Assembly (NCBI GenBank): GCA_018303825.1
Contig: JAGVXK010000018.1
Span: 17,028-81,027 of the forward strand
DNA: 64,000 nt
Direction: 5' to 3'
From: Candidatus Pacearchaeota archaeon
GTDB taxonomy: Archaea > Nanobdellota > Nanobdellia > Pacearchaeales > GW2011-AR1
Below the pieces are notes generated by a model that saw only the letters and a program-made list of their open reading frames with translations, did not search any database and was not told the DNA's origin. Below are positions 18,536 to 27,747 of the stretch, piece by piece. A program made the translations under genes and the position numbers. The number at the start of each line of letters is the position of its first letter. The stretch's first letter is position 1.

Positions 18536-19276
18536 TTAGAAGTGACGTTCAAGCTCTTTCTTATATGAATGAAGTTCCTCTTTATTAAACCAGAGGGCAA
18601 TTTCTTTTTCTGTTGTTTCTCTATTATCAGAGGCGTGCACAAGGTTTCTTATGACTCTTTTCTTTTTGTCTGCTACAGCATAACTTTCAACAGAGATAAA
18701 ATCTCCTCTTATGGTTCCAGGGATGGCTTGTCTTGGTTCAGTATGGCCTAGAAGCTTTCTGGCTATTTCAATTGCGTGAGGTCCCTCAAGGACAAAGGCA
18801 ATCACAGGACCTTCTTTTAAAAATGAGATTAACCAAGATTGGACAGCTTTTCCTAGCTCTTCTGGATTTTTATATTCCATAGGTTTATTGTCTTTATCGT
18901 GAACTGCTTTTGTTTTTGCAAATATATTTTTTGCCCATTCCATCTCAAATTCATTGCTTTTGACAAACTTCTCCTTTCCAGTTCCCTGAAAAGCCCATAC
19001 ATGCACTATCTTCCCACTCTTCCTTCTCACGCTCCCAATATCAATCAGATTTTCTTTCTTAGTATTCATTTCCATTCCTGTTTCTTCCTTAAATTCTCTT
19101 AAAGTTGTTTCCAACAGCTTTTCATTATCTCCTTTTCCATCTATTTCCACTCCTCCTTTTGGAATCCCATAATGGTCTTTATTCTTCCAATATGGTCCTC
19201 CGGGATGAGCTAAGAAAACCTTTATCTTTCCGCTATCGATGTAATACATTAGCAGTCCAGCTGATACTTCGACCAT
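18536..19276 (-). CDS. Chimera of a NUDIX hydrolase N-terminus and a nucleoside diphosphate kinase C-terminal half
   Basis: SAGLL..HPGGPYW..PKGG..REFKEETG, then GPVIAFVLEG..PGTIRGDF..RNLVHASD; NDK N-terminal IKPD segment absent. Confidence 0.8.
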   Translation of the reverse strand: MVEVSAGLLMYYIDSGKIKVFLAHPGGPYWKNKDHYGIPKGGVEIDGKGDNEKLLETTLREFKEETGMEMNTKKENLIDIGSVRRKSGKIVHVWAFQGTGKEKFVKSNEFEMEWAKNIFAKTKAVHDKDNKPMEYKNPEELGKAVQSWLISFLKEGPVIAFVLEGPHAIEIARKLLGHTEPRQAIPGTIRGDFISVESYAVADKKKRVIRNLVHASDNRETTEKEIALWFNKEELHSYKKELERHF

Positions 19277-19309
19277 CCTAAACTTTAAAGTTACATATTA
19301 ATAAACTTT

Positions 19310-19699
19310 TCATGTGAACATACTAACTGAAAAGTAAGCAATTACACTTGCCAATACACCTATAAGAATACCAATTGCTCCTTTCTTCCAGCCTTTATCT
19401 AGATAATATGAACAAACTACAAGCCCTATTAGTACTACAGAAGCAAAATAGGTATAAATTAAACTATCATAAAACAAAATGGTAAAAACAACAAGAACAA
19501 GTCCCCTTGCTAAATAACTGTTATATTTCCTGTAAACAAGTCCTAAAATCAGCAAAATTATTCCAGCAATCAAAAGTTGATAAACGAACTCCCAGTAAGG
19601 TCCAATCAAAGCCCTTCCAATAACAAGTGCATAAAAAATCCAGCTTCCAAGGGCAATAAAATCGCGTGCAGTTTCAATCTTCCAGCTTTGGGCAACCAT
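19310..19699 (-). CDS. Hypothetical multi-pass membrane protein
   Basis: 129 aa, about four hydrophobic helices. Confidence 0.7.
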   Translation of the reverse strand: MVAQSWKIETARDFIALGSWIFYALVIGRALIGPYWEFVYQLLIAGIILLILGLVYRKYNSYLARGLVLVVFTILFYDSLIYTYFASVVLIGLVVCSYYLDKGWKKGAIGILIGVLASVIAYFSVSMFT

Positions 19700-19751
19700 T
19701 TAAAACACAAAAACCACAACTTTATTAACCTTCCTTAAACCTTTATTTATC

Positions 19752-21113
19752 ATGTTAGAAAAGCTGTCAAATGTATTAAAGAAAACAACAGATAAGATAG
19801 CTAATGCCATCTTTTTGGATAAAAACCTTGTTGATAGCATTGTTAAAGACCTTCAGAGAGCATTAATAGAAGCAGATGTAAATGTCTCCCTCGTCCTTGA
19901 ATTAACTAAAAAAATCAAGCAGGCAGCCTTGGGTGAAAGAATAAAAGGAATAGAAAAGAAGGAGCACATAATCAAGCTCCTTCATGATGAATTAATCTCA
20001 ATTCTAGGTCAATCAAGAGAGATCAAACTTCAAAAAAAGAATACTTTTCTTTTTGTTGGGCTTTACGGACAAGGAAAAACAACAACAATCTCAAAAATAG
20101 CATCTTACTACGCAAAAAGAGGAAGTAAAGTCTGCGCAATTGGCCTCGATGTCCATAGACCTGCGGCACCAGAGCAACTAAAACAATTATGTGATAAATT
20201 AAACATTAAATGTTTTATAAACAAAGAAGAAAAAAATCCCATAAAAATATGGAATCAATATAGGGATGAATTAAAAGATTATGACCTTGTTCTAATAGAC
20301 AGCGCAGGAAGAGACGCATTAAGCAAAGATTTAATCAAAGAAATAAAAGACATCTCGAAATTAACAAAACCAACAGAAACTTTTCTTGTAATGGCTGCTG
20401 ATGTCGGTCAAGCTGCGAAAAAACAAGCCCAAGCTTTCAAGGAATCATGCAATATTACAGGAGCCATAATAACAAGAATGGACAGCACTGCAAAAGCAGG
20501 TGGTGCTCTCACTGCTTGTGCAGAAGTCAGGGCCCCTGTTGTTTTTCTTGGCGTTGGTGAAAAATCTGCTGACCTTGAAACATTTGACCCTGAATCATTT
20601 TTATCAAGACTTCTGGGCATGGGTGATTTAAAAGCACTGATAGAAAAAATTCATTCAGTTGTTGACAAAGACAAAATGGAAAAGACGCAAAAAGCCTTAG
20701 AAGAAGGCAAGTTCACCTTAGATACCTTCTCCGAACAACTAGACTCAATGTCTGAGATGGGTTCATTTGACAAGCTTCTCGGTATGGTCCCTGGTCTTGG
20801 AAATGTCAAAGACAAAATTCCACAAGAACAATTAGAATTACAACAAGAAAAAGTAAAACACTGGAAAGCCGCAATCAAATCAATAACAAAAGAAGAAAAA
20901 GAAAATCCTGAATTATTGGAAAAAGAAACTTCAAGAATGGCAAGAATAGCCAAAGGCTCAGGCACCCACACATCAGATATAAGAATGCTTCTAAAACAAT
21001 ATAAAATGCTCAATGAACTTATAAAGTCTCAGTCAACAATCGCGGAAAAAGGCCTTGACCAAAAAACAATGATGAAGCTAGCCAGAAAATTCGGCCGGAA
21101 GATGAAATTCTAA
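19752..21113 (+). CDS. srp54: Signal recognition particle protein SRP54
   Basis: NG GTPase GLYGQGKTTT, DVHRPAA, DSAGR, TRMD; Met-rich M domain. Confidence 0.97.
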   Translation: MLEKLSNVLKKTTDKIANAIFLDKNLVDSIVKDLQRALIEADVNVSLVLELTKKIKQAALGERIKGIEKKEHIIKLLHDELISILGQSREIKLQKKNTFLFVGLYGQGKTTTISKIASYYAKRGSKVCAIGLDVHRPAAPEQLKQLCDKLNIKCFINKEEKNPIKIWNQYRDELKDYDLVLIDSAGRDALSKDLIKEIKDISKLTKPTETFLVMAADVGQAAKKQAQAFKESCNITGAIITRMDSTAKAGGALTACAEVRAPVVFLGVGEKSADLETFDPESFLSRLLGMGDLKALIEKIHSVVDKDKMEKTQKALEEGKFTLDTFSEQLDSMSEMGSFDKLLGMVPGLGNVKDKIPQEQLELQQEKVKHWKAAIKSITKEEKENPELLEKETSRMARIAKGSGTHTSDIRMLLKQYKMLNELIKSQSTIAEKGLDQKTMMKLARKFGRKMKF

Positions 21114-21120
21114 AATCAAC

Positions 21121-21723
21121 ATGAAACAAATAATAGACAGGGGAGCAGAAGCCATTCTAATAAAACAAGGAAAAAACTTAATCAAAGACAGAATAAAAAA
21201 ATCCTATAGACTTCCAATCATTGATGAGAGATTGAGAAAGCAAAGAACAAAGAAAGAATCTCGCCTCTTAATCAAAACTTCAAAGTTAATTCCAGTTCCA
21301 AAACTGATAAAGTCCGATGACAAAGAAAAAATAGAAATGGAATTCATCAATGGTAAAAAACTCTCAGATAATTTGGGTAAATTAAAAAATGCTGATGAAG
21401 TATGCAAAAAAATAGGGGAAAACATTGCAAAACTCCACGATAATAATATTGTCCACGGAGATTTGACAACATCAAATATGATTTATTCAAATGATAAAGT
21501 TTATTTTATTGATTTTGGCCTTTCATTTGAATCTTCAAAGATAGAAGACCGTGCAGTAGATTTGCATTTAATAAAACAAGCTTTAGAAGCAAAACATTTT
21601 GATCATTACAATGAATTTTTCAAAGCAATCCTAGAAGGATACAAACAATCAAAAGACCATAAATTGACTCTGAAAAGATTGGAAGCCGTTGAAAAACGAG
21701 GAAGATACAAACGAGCTTATTGA
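21121..21723 (+). CDS. bud32: KEOPS complex kinase Bud32
   Basis: RGAEA, KSYR, HGDLTTSN, IDFGL, EDRAVDL. Confidence 0.95.
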   Translation: MKQIIDRGAEAILIKQGKNLIKDRIKKSYRLPIIDERLRKQRTKKESRLLIKTSKLIPVPKLIKSDDKEKIEMEFINGKKLSDNLGKLKNADEVCKKIGENIAKLHDNNIVHGDLTTSNMIYSNDKVYFIDFGLSFESSKIEDRAVDLHLIKQALEAKHFDHYNEFFKAILEGYKQSKDHKLTLKRLEAVEKRGRYKRAY

Positions 21724-22608
21724 ACAATAGTATAGCTGGTCAATCAGTAGATTTATATATTTCTTCATCTTCATTTAATCGTGAGATTAGTATCCAAAAA
21801 AAAAAGAAACAAAGAGAATTAATCGACAAAGAAAAAAATACTTTAAACCTTAGCTTTCCAAAGCTAGCGAAAAGATTAAACATAAAACCAGGTAAGTTGA
21901 CAGGATTTTACTATGATAATGTTCTCATGCCAGAAGACCTATTTCAAAAATTTATCCTAAAATAAAAATATAAAAAATTCATCATCGATAAAAAAGATGA
22001 AAATTGGGGAAGATCAAAAGGGGGCAAAAATTCTCAAGGAAGGTATATTAAAAAAATAGAATTACCACCAGAATCGGTGAAGTTGGCAGAATTTTTTGGA
22101 ATTATGCTCGGAGATGGAAACCTAACTAAAATAAAAAAGTACAAAATAGCTAACTATCAAATAAGAGTTGTTGGAGACTCTCGATATGACAAAGAATATC
22201 TAATAAACTACGTTCAACCCCTGATAAAACAACTATTTGGAGGAGTTAAAGTCAACATCAAAAAACAAAATTTTAAGAATGGTCTAAATGTTACAGCATA
22301 TGGATTAAGATTAGTCGAATTTTTAGAAAGTAAGGGATTTAAACCTGGAGATAAAATAAGAAATCAAACAACAATTCCAAGTTGGGTAAAAACAAATCCA
22401 AAATTTCTTAGAGCTTGTTTATGCGGATTATATGATACTGACGGTTCTGTTTACAAATTGACTAATCAAAATTCTTTTCAATTTAGCTTCAGAAACTACA
22501 ATTTCACCCTTATCAATGATGTACGAAATAGCCTTCTTTCCATGAATATCAATTGCTCAAAAATCTCGAAAGGCAATGAGATAACTATAACCAAAAAGTC
22601 TGAATTAC
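21720..22608 (+). pseudogene. Free-standing LAGLIDADG homing endonuclease, 5' part (internal TAA at 21963, cut by IS6)
   Basis: LAEFFGIMLGDG and CLCGLYDTDGS motifs; ORFs 21720-21965 and 22077-22619 share one frame separated by a single TAA. Confidence 0.85.
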
Positions 22609-22653
22609 GGTTCTGTTAAATTAAAAGGTGATATTTTGTCTAAACAAAATATC

Positions 22654-23484
22654 TTACCTTGACTGAATTATCATAGGAATCTGCTCCCATTCTATCTTGA
22701 CTTCTTCTTTCTCTCCGTGTGGCATGAGATAATTGTAGTGCATCGCAAAGAAATCAATCCAAATATTTGCTGTCTTAAAACTTTTTAACCCTCGACAAAC
22801 GTGAAGCCAGAGAGCAAAAAATCCGTTTATTCTTTCTATTTTGTTGTTGCTCAACAACAAAATTCTTTTATCTATTACAACTCCCTTCTTTTCAAAATGT
22901 GCAACAACATGTTTAACATTTCTTCTAAAAATCTTTGTTGCAGATTTATATCCCTGTAAACCATCTGTAACAATAACTCTTGGATTAAATCCGGTTCTTT
23001 CTCTTGCTTTTCTCAAAACTATCTTCGCACTTTCAGCATCTCTTCCATTGCTGACGTGAACAGCAATGATGTTACTGTCCGAATCAGAAACAACCCATAA
23101 ATAAGCAAAGTCATCTTTGCTTTTTCTAACTCTGATAAATTTTTCATCAACATGCCAAATATCTGTGAAATTAATCAGTTTTTTCTTTTCAATCTCGGAA
23201 AGCTTTGGATAAAATTTCATTATCCAATTGTAAACTGAAACGTGAGTCGTTTTGTAAAATTTTAGTTTTTTAATTACTCTCTTTACATCTCGTAAAGAGA
23301 GAGTATATGAACGCAAATATAGTGCATTCATAATAATATTTTTTGGGGTTCTCATTCTTGCGAATATTCCTTTTTCGCAAAATCTTCTTTTACAATCTTT
23401 ACATTTATAACGCTGAATACTCTTATTATCATGTCCATTCTGGACAAAATTGGAAGAGGAGCAGTAGGTGCAACAATCTATCAT
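22654..23484 (-). CDS. IS6-family DDE transposase with N-terminal Zn ribbon
   Basis: CTYC..RYKCKDC; WHVDEKF, IVTDGLQGY, NNKIERING. Confidence 0.93.
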   Translation of the reverse strand: MIDCCTYCSSSNFVQNGHDNKSIQRYKCKDCKRRFCEKGIFARMRTPKNIIMNALYLRSYTLSLRDVKRVIKKLKFYKTTHVSVYNWIMKFYPKLSEIEKKKLINFTDIWHVDEKFIRVRKSKDDFAYLWVVSDSDSNIIAVHVSNGRDAESAKIVLRKARERTGFNPRVIVTDGLQGYKSATKIFRRNVKHVVAHFEKKGVVIDKRILLLSNNKIERINGFFALWLHVCRGLKSFKTANIWIDFFAMHYNYLMPHGEKEEVKIEWEQIPMIIQSR

Positions 23485-23496
23485 CCTCTTCTAATT

Positions 23497-23652
23497 TTAT
23501 TCTACTATCACAAGGTAAACATCTTTTCCAAGATGTTCTTTAGGGCAATCCACTTTGGCACTCGTGCCAAATGGAGTAACTTTCCTCTTTAGAAAACCCC
23601 GGATATTCTTTACGTTCAGTTCTGTTTTTGGATTTAATTTAATTATCTTCAT
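23497..23652 (-). CDS. DUF2080-like transposase-associated protein, 51 aa (not in ORF track)
   Basis: KRKVTPFGTSAKVDCPKEHLGKDVYLVI; inside the IS, directly upstream of the transposase. Confidence 0.8.
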   Translation of the reverse strand: MKIIKLNPKTELNVKNIRGFLKRKVTPFGTSAKVDCPKEHLGKDVYLVIVE

Positions 23653-23722
23653 ATATCTTATAGATATCTCATATATTTAAGCTTTTCTGTGCTTATTCAT
23701 CACCCGTTAACTTTACAGAACC

Positions 23723-23807
23723 TGAATTACGAAAGTTTTTAAATGAAGTAGGTTTTCACAACTCTAAGCACCTTAACAAAATAAAGATGTGGAATTTAGC
23801 CCTGTAG
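23723..23807 (+). pseudogene. LAGLIDADG endonuclease, 3' remnant
   Basis: After the TSD the frame resumes ELRKFLNEVGFHNSKHLNKIKMWNLAL*; stop lies inside tRNA-Gln. Confidence 0.85.
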
Positions 23808-23870
23808 TCTAGCGGTCTAGGATTCGACCCTTTGGCGGTCGAGACCCCGGTTCGAATCCGGGCGGGGCTA
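23798..23870 (+). tRNA. tRNA-Gln(TTG)
   Basis: AGCCCTG/CGGGGCT acceptor; CGACC-CTTTGGC-GGTCG anticodon arm. Confidence 0.92.
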
Positions 23871-23878
23871 TTCATAAA

Positions 23879-24297
23879 ATGAAAATAAGAAGAGGAAAAA
23901 TCGCGGATTTAAATGAATGCATCAAGATAGGAAAAGTTCCAGAACTTCATTATTTATATAAAAGTTCAGATAAAATGGCCAAGAGATATTTAAAAGAATA
24001 TATTGTTAAGGGGGATCTGGTTTTAGCAGAAGAAAATGGTAAAATCGCAGGGTTTATCAGTGGAGAACCAATGAGAGATAATCATTACTGGATTGATGCA
24101 CTTGTTGTAAAAAAAGAAATGTGAAGAAAAGGTATAGAAAAAAACTTATTAATAAATTTAAAAAAATAGTGAAAAAGAAGGGTGCTAAGAAAATATATCT
24201 CATGGCTGCTTTATTTAATAAAAAAACCATAAAATTCTATGAATCTATTAGAATGATTAAAGGAAAAGAATTTATTGAGTTTTCAAAATATATTTAA
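23879..24297 (+). pseudogene. GNAT acetyltransferase pseudogene
   Basis: LVLAEENGKIAGFI..WIDALVVKKEM*RKGI; TGA at 24122, frameshift in an A7 tract near 24140, then GAKKIYL..N..TIKFYES. Confidence 0.8.
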
Positions 24298-24447
24298 TTA
24301 TATCTGTATACCTGAATCCTTAACATTCTTGCTATGCTGGTCCATTTCTCCCCTCATCAAGCAATCCCAGCACGGCCTAATAGTTCCATCTGCTTGTTTT
24401 ATTCTCTTCGTCCCATGACATTTAGGGCATTTCTCTCCAAATTCCAT
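24298..24447 (-). CDS. Small Zn-finger-like protein, 49 aa (not in ORF track)
   Basis: MEFGEKCPKCHGTKRIKQADGTIRPCWDCLMRGEMDQHSKNVKDSGIQI*. Confidence 0.7.
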   Translation of the reverse strand: MEFGEKCPKCHGTKRIKQADGTIRPCWDCLMRGEMDQHSKNVKDSGIQI

Positions 24448-24521
24448 GCATACTTAATTAATTTGCAATATTAAAGCTTTATTATACTAAATAACAACAG
24501 GCAAAGAATAAGATGTATAAG

Positions 24522-25067
24522 TTAAATAATTTCAAAAACTCTTATCTCGCACAAAGCCAGGGGATAAACCTTTTTTAACTTAAGAGAAAGTTCTTTCTGC
24601 ACCTTATTGGACATTATATCTCCAAAGATTTCTTTTGTGGTTCTTGCTTTTGCATATCCGTCTAAGAATTTTTTTGCTTCAACTCTTATAGAATTTCTTA
24701 TAGCTCTTGAAACTTTATTTCTGGTTATCATGAATGGTTTTATTCTTGCCTTCCCATCTCTTGATTCTGTTTCAAAAGAGTCCTCAATATAATCTGTTCC
24801 TGTTCTAATCATTCTTCTTATATAAGAACCTGTAAGAGATAATGAAATAGGTTCTCCGACGAGAGCATTATTCTCAACTTTAACCCTTAATTTTAATTCT
24901 AAGCTCTTTCCCCTTAAATTCCTGGTCAAATCAAGTTTGATTATCTTTCCATTCAACTCTTCTATTGTTGTTCCATAAAGCTGCATCTTTGCATTTGTGA
25001 GACCTGATTTCACATCAAAAAACTGTTTCTTTACATTTTTCTTTGCTTTTACTTGTTCAGTTGCCAT
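24522..25067 (-). CDS. rps3ae: 30S ribosomal protein S3Ae (eS1), short form
   Basis: KKQFFDV..LTGSYIRRMIRTGTDYIEDSF..KKVYPLALCEIR. Confidence 0.9.
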   Translation of the reverse strand: MATEQVKAKKNVKKQFFDVKSGLTNAKMQLYGTTIEELNGKIIKLDLTRNLRGKSLELKLRVKVENNALVGEPISLSLTGSYIRRMIRTGTDYIEDSFETESRDGKARIKPFMITRNKVSRAIRNSIRVEAKKFLDGYAKARTTKEIFGDIMSNKVQKELSLKLKKVYPLALCEIRVFEII

Positions 25068-25068
25068 T

Positions 25069-25395
25069 TTACTTTGATATTTTCTCCCCTATTTCAATTC
25101 TTGATGATCTTATTGCGCTTCTAAGCCCTTTCATTTTTCCACACACCTTGCATTTATATAATAAACTAATTCTCTTTGTAATTTTCGCCTTCATTTTCCA
25201 GTCTTTTGTTCCTTTCTTGCTTCTCTTCCCCCAATTTCCAATTCCCTGTAAGCTCCTTAATTTGATTCTCGTTGGTGAACCTCTTGATAATGGATGAGAA
25301 GAAGATCTGGATTTCTGCTTAGCAGTAGCTATCGTTTGTATAGTATGTTTTCTACAATAAGGACAATATCTTTTGGTTTCTTTCGGTAACTTCAT
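25069..25395 (-). CDS. rpl44e: 50S ribosomal protein L44e (eL42)
   Basis: MKLPKETKRYCPYCRKHT..KITKRISLLYKCKVCGK. Confidence 0.93.
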   Translation of the reverse strand: MKLPKETKRYCPYCRKHTIQTIATAKQKSRSSSHPLSRGSPTRIKLRSLQGIGNWGKRSKKGTKDWKMKAKITKRISLLYKCKVCGKMKGLRSAIRSSRIEIGEKISK

Positions 25396-25792
25396 AGCGA
25401 TTGTTCTCCAGAGCTATGAAGCCCAAAAATTCTTAATTTTTGTTGTTTCATGTTAATTGGCCAAATTAGCTAACCTTCCCTTGGCCAGAAAAGGGTGTGC
25501 TATTGCTTTATCAAAACTTAAAGTAATTCAAGAGACAAAAGATAGTTTAAAAAGCTTACTATAACGCTAGTATCTCCGATAGACCTGAAATTATGATAAA
25601 CGAGAGATAAATAGAAGTTAAAAGGTTCTTGTTAAGATAATAATGATAATAAAAATCGCCAGAATATATGAATTTTTTGTCAAATATGTCTTTCCATTAA
25701 TTAGTGACTAAAACTCATCAGAGATACTGAACGCAAAAAAATTGCAAGCCGCAAACCGCAAGCTTTTTAATGTCCCTTTTCAAGATACGTCT

Positions 25793-26149
25793 ATGAATGA
25801 GACGGAAAAACTAGAAAAACCAGGCTGGCTGAAAACAAAACCTGTAGAATTAGAAAAAACAATAATCGAATTCGCTAAACAAGGGAAAACCTATTCTAAG
25901 ATAGGAATTATTTTAAGAGACCAACATGGAATTCCAAAATCGAAATTACTCGGAAAGAGGATATCTGAAATAGTTAAAGAAAATAAAATAACAATAAAGG
26001 CAGAAGAAGAAAGAGTAAAAAATAAAATTTCAGGACTGAATTCTCATATAGAAAAGCATAAGCATGATAAAAAGGCAAAAAAATCTTTGATGAAAAATTC
26101 TTGGATAATGCACAAGGAAGAAGTAGCCAAAGCCATAATGCAAAATTAA
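25793..26149 (+). CDS. rps15: 30S ribosomal protein S15 (uS15), N-terminally shortened
   Basis: KPGWL..LEKTIIEFAKQG..SKIGIILRDQHGIP..KHKHD. Confidence 0.88.
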   Translation: MNETEKLEKPGWLKTKPVELEKTIIEFAKQGKTYSKIGIILRDQHGIPKSKLLGKRISEIVKENKITIKAEEERVKNKISGLNSHIEKHKHDKKAKKSLMKNSWIMHKEEVAKAIMQN

Positions 26150-26226
26150 ACAGCGAATTTTGTAACTCTACAGAGTAACTAAATCTTTTTAAGCTAACTA
26201 AATTTTACTTCAAAGTAAAAAAGAAG

Positions 26227-27549
26227 GTGAAAATGTTAAATGCAATTAAAACAGCCATTGAAAGCTTGGATAATCTAAGCAAAGAAAAGCCTATTAAAGT
26301 AATAAGCCATTATGATGCTGATGGCATCACCTCGGCAGCCATTTTCTCAAAGGCATTGCAAAGATGGCATAAACATTTTTCCATGCAAATAGTCAAGGGA
26401 TTAGAAGAAGATTTCATAAAAAATCTTCCAGAGGACCATATTCTTATCTTTCTTGACCTCGCCTCGAATAGCTTGGAATATTTAAAAGAAAAGAAAACAA
26501 AAATATTTATTTTGGACCATCATGAAATAACACAAAATATTCCAGAAAACACCACAATAATTAATCCCTTGTTACAAAAAAGAGAAATGATCTCCTCAGC
26601 CGGGATATGCTATTTATTTGCAAAGACCATTTCTCGGGAAAACCTGGATCTTGCCAGTCTTGCAATCATAGGGATGATTGGTGATATCCTAGAAAAAAAT
26701 ATAGGAAAAACATACAATGAAATTCTCAGAGATGCAGAAACATTAATTAGAAAGGGTCCATTGATTTATCCTTCTACAAGACCATTAGACAAAGCCTTGG
26801 AATACTCATCAAACCCATATATTCCAGGGGTTACTGGCTCCTATCGCGGCGCCCTAGAACTTCTAAGAGATTCTAACATAATCAAAACTGGCAGCACATA
26901 CAAAGCATTATACGAGCTTACGGAAGAAGAAATGTCCAGATTAATAACAGCCATAATGTTGAAAATCCATTCAATACAAGATTCGGAAAAGATGCTTGGA
27001 AACATATATCTAATAAAATTCTTTAATAGAATGGAAGATGCCAGAGAATTATCTGCATTGATAAATGCCTGCTCAAGAATGAATCATTCTTCAGTAGCCC
27101 TTGGTTTTTGCCTTGGCAATAAATCATGCAAAGAAAGAGCAGAAAAAATATATGTAGAATACAGGCAGCATCTCGTTTCTGCATTAAGATTCGTTGAAGA
27201 ATCAGAAAAAATATCTGGAGAAAATTATACCATCATAAATGCAAAAGATTCTGTCAAAGACACTATAATCGGCACAGTAGCCTCCATATTATCTCATTCA
27301 CCTATATACAAAGAGGGCACCATTATAATTGCCCTTGCCTATGACCAGGATAAAATAAAGGTTTCAGCTAGAATCGCTGGAAAACAAGGCAGAAATGTCC
27401 GGGATGTCCTCAATCAAGTAGTTGTTCCCCTTGGGGGAGAAGTCGGAGGGCATCCAAATGCTGCGGGATGCCTGATTTCCAAAGAGAAAGAAGCCCTGTT
27501 CATCTCCGAGTTAAGAAAAGTCCTGGATATTGAACTTGTAAAGATTTAA
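26227..27549 (+). CDS. DHH/DHHA1 phosphoesterase (RecJ-like)
   Basis: HYDADG, LDL, LDHH, GMIGD, KVSAR, GGHPNAAG. Confidence 0.93.
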   Translation: MKMLNAIKTAIESLDNLSKEKPIKVISHYDADGITSAAIFSKALQRWHKHFSMQIVKGLEEDFIKNLPEDHILIFLDLASNSLEYLKEKKTKIFILDHHEITQNIPENTTIINPLLQKREMISSAGICYLFAKTISRENLDLASLAIIGMIGDILEKNIGKTYNEILRDAETLIRKGPLIYPSTRPLDKALEYSSNPYIPGVTGSYRGALELLRDSNIIKTGSTYKALYELTEEEMSRLITAIMLKIHSIQDSEKMLGNIYLIKFFNRMEDARELSALINACSRMNHSSVALGFCLGNKSCKERAEKIYVEYRQHLVSALRFVEESEKISGENYTIINAKDSVKDTIIGTVASILSHSPIYKEGTIIIALAYDQDKIKVSARIAGKQGRNVRDVLNQVVVPLGGEVGGHPNAAGCLISKEKEALFISELRKVLDIELVKI

Positions 27550-27573
27550 AACCTCATTCTTTCATTCATTTTT

Positions 27574-27747
27574 ATGGTAAAGGGAAAATTCCTAAAAGTA
27601 GAATGTCCTAGATGCAAAAAAAAATATACTATATACAACAAACCTTCCATGACGGTAAGATGCAGCAAATGCAATTACATTATAAGCAGACCAAGCGGGG
27701 GAAAAGCTAGGCTAAGAGCTCTGGTGAAAAAAGTATTATGGCGTTGA
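27574..27747 (+). CDS. rps27e: 30S ribosomal protein S27e, 57 aa (not in ORF track)
   Basis: GKFLKVECPRCKK..TVRCSKCN..PSGGKARL. Confidence 0.95.
   Translation: MVKGKFLKVECPRCKKKYTIYNKPSMTVRCSKCNYIISRPSGGKARLRALVKKVLWR

Larger units (their letters stand above)
22609..23722 (-). mobile_element. IS6-family insertion sequence, 1114 bp, with 8-bp target duplication
   Basis: TIRs GGTTCTGTTAAATTAAAAGGTGAT / GGTTCTGTAAAGTTAACGGGTGAT (20/24); TSD TGAATTAC at 22601-22608 and 23723-23730. Confidence 0.95.
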
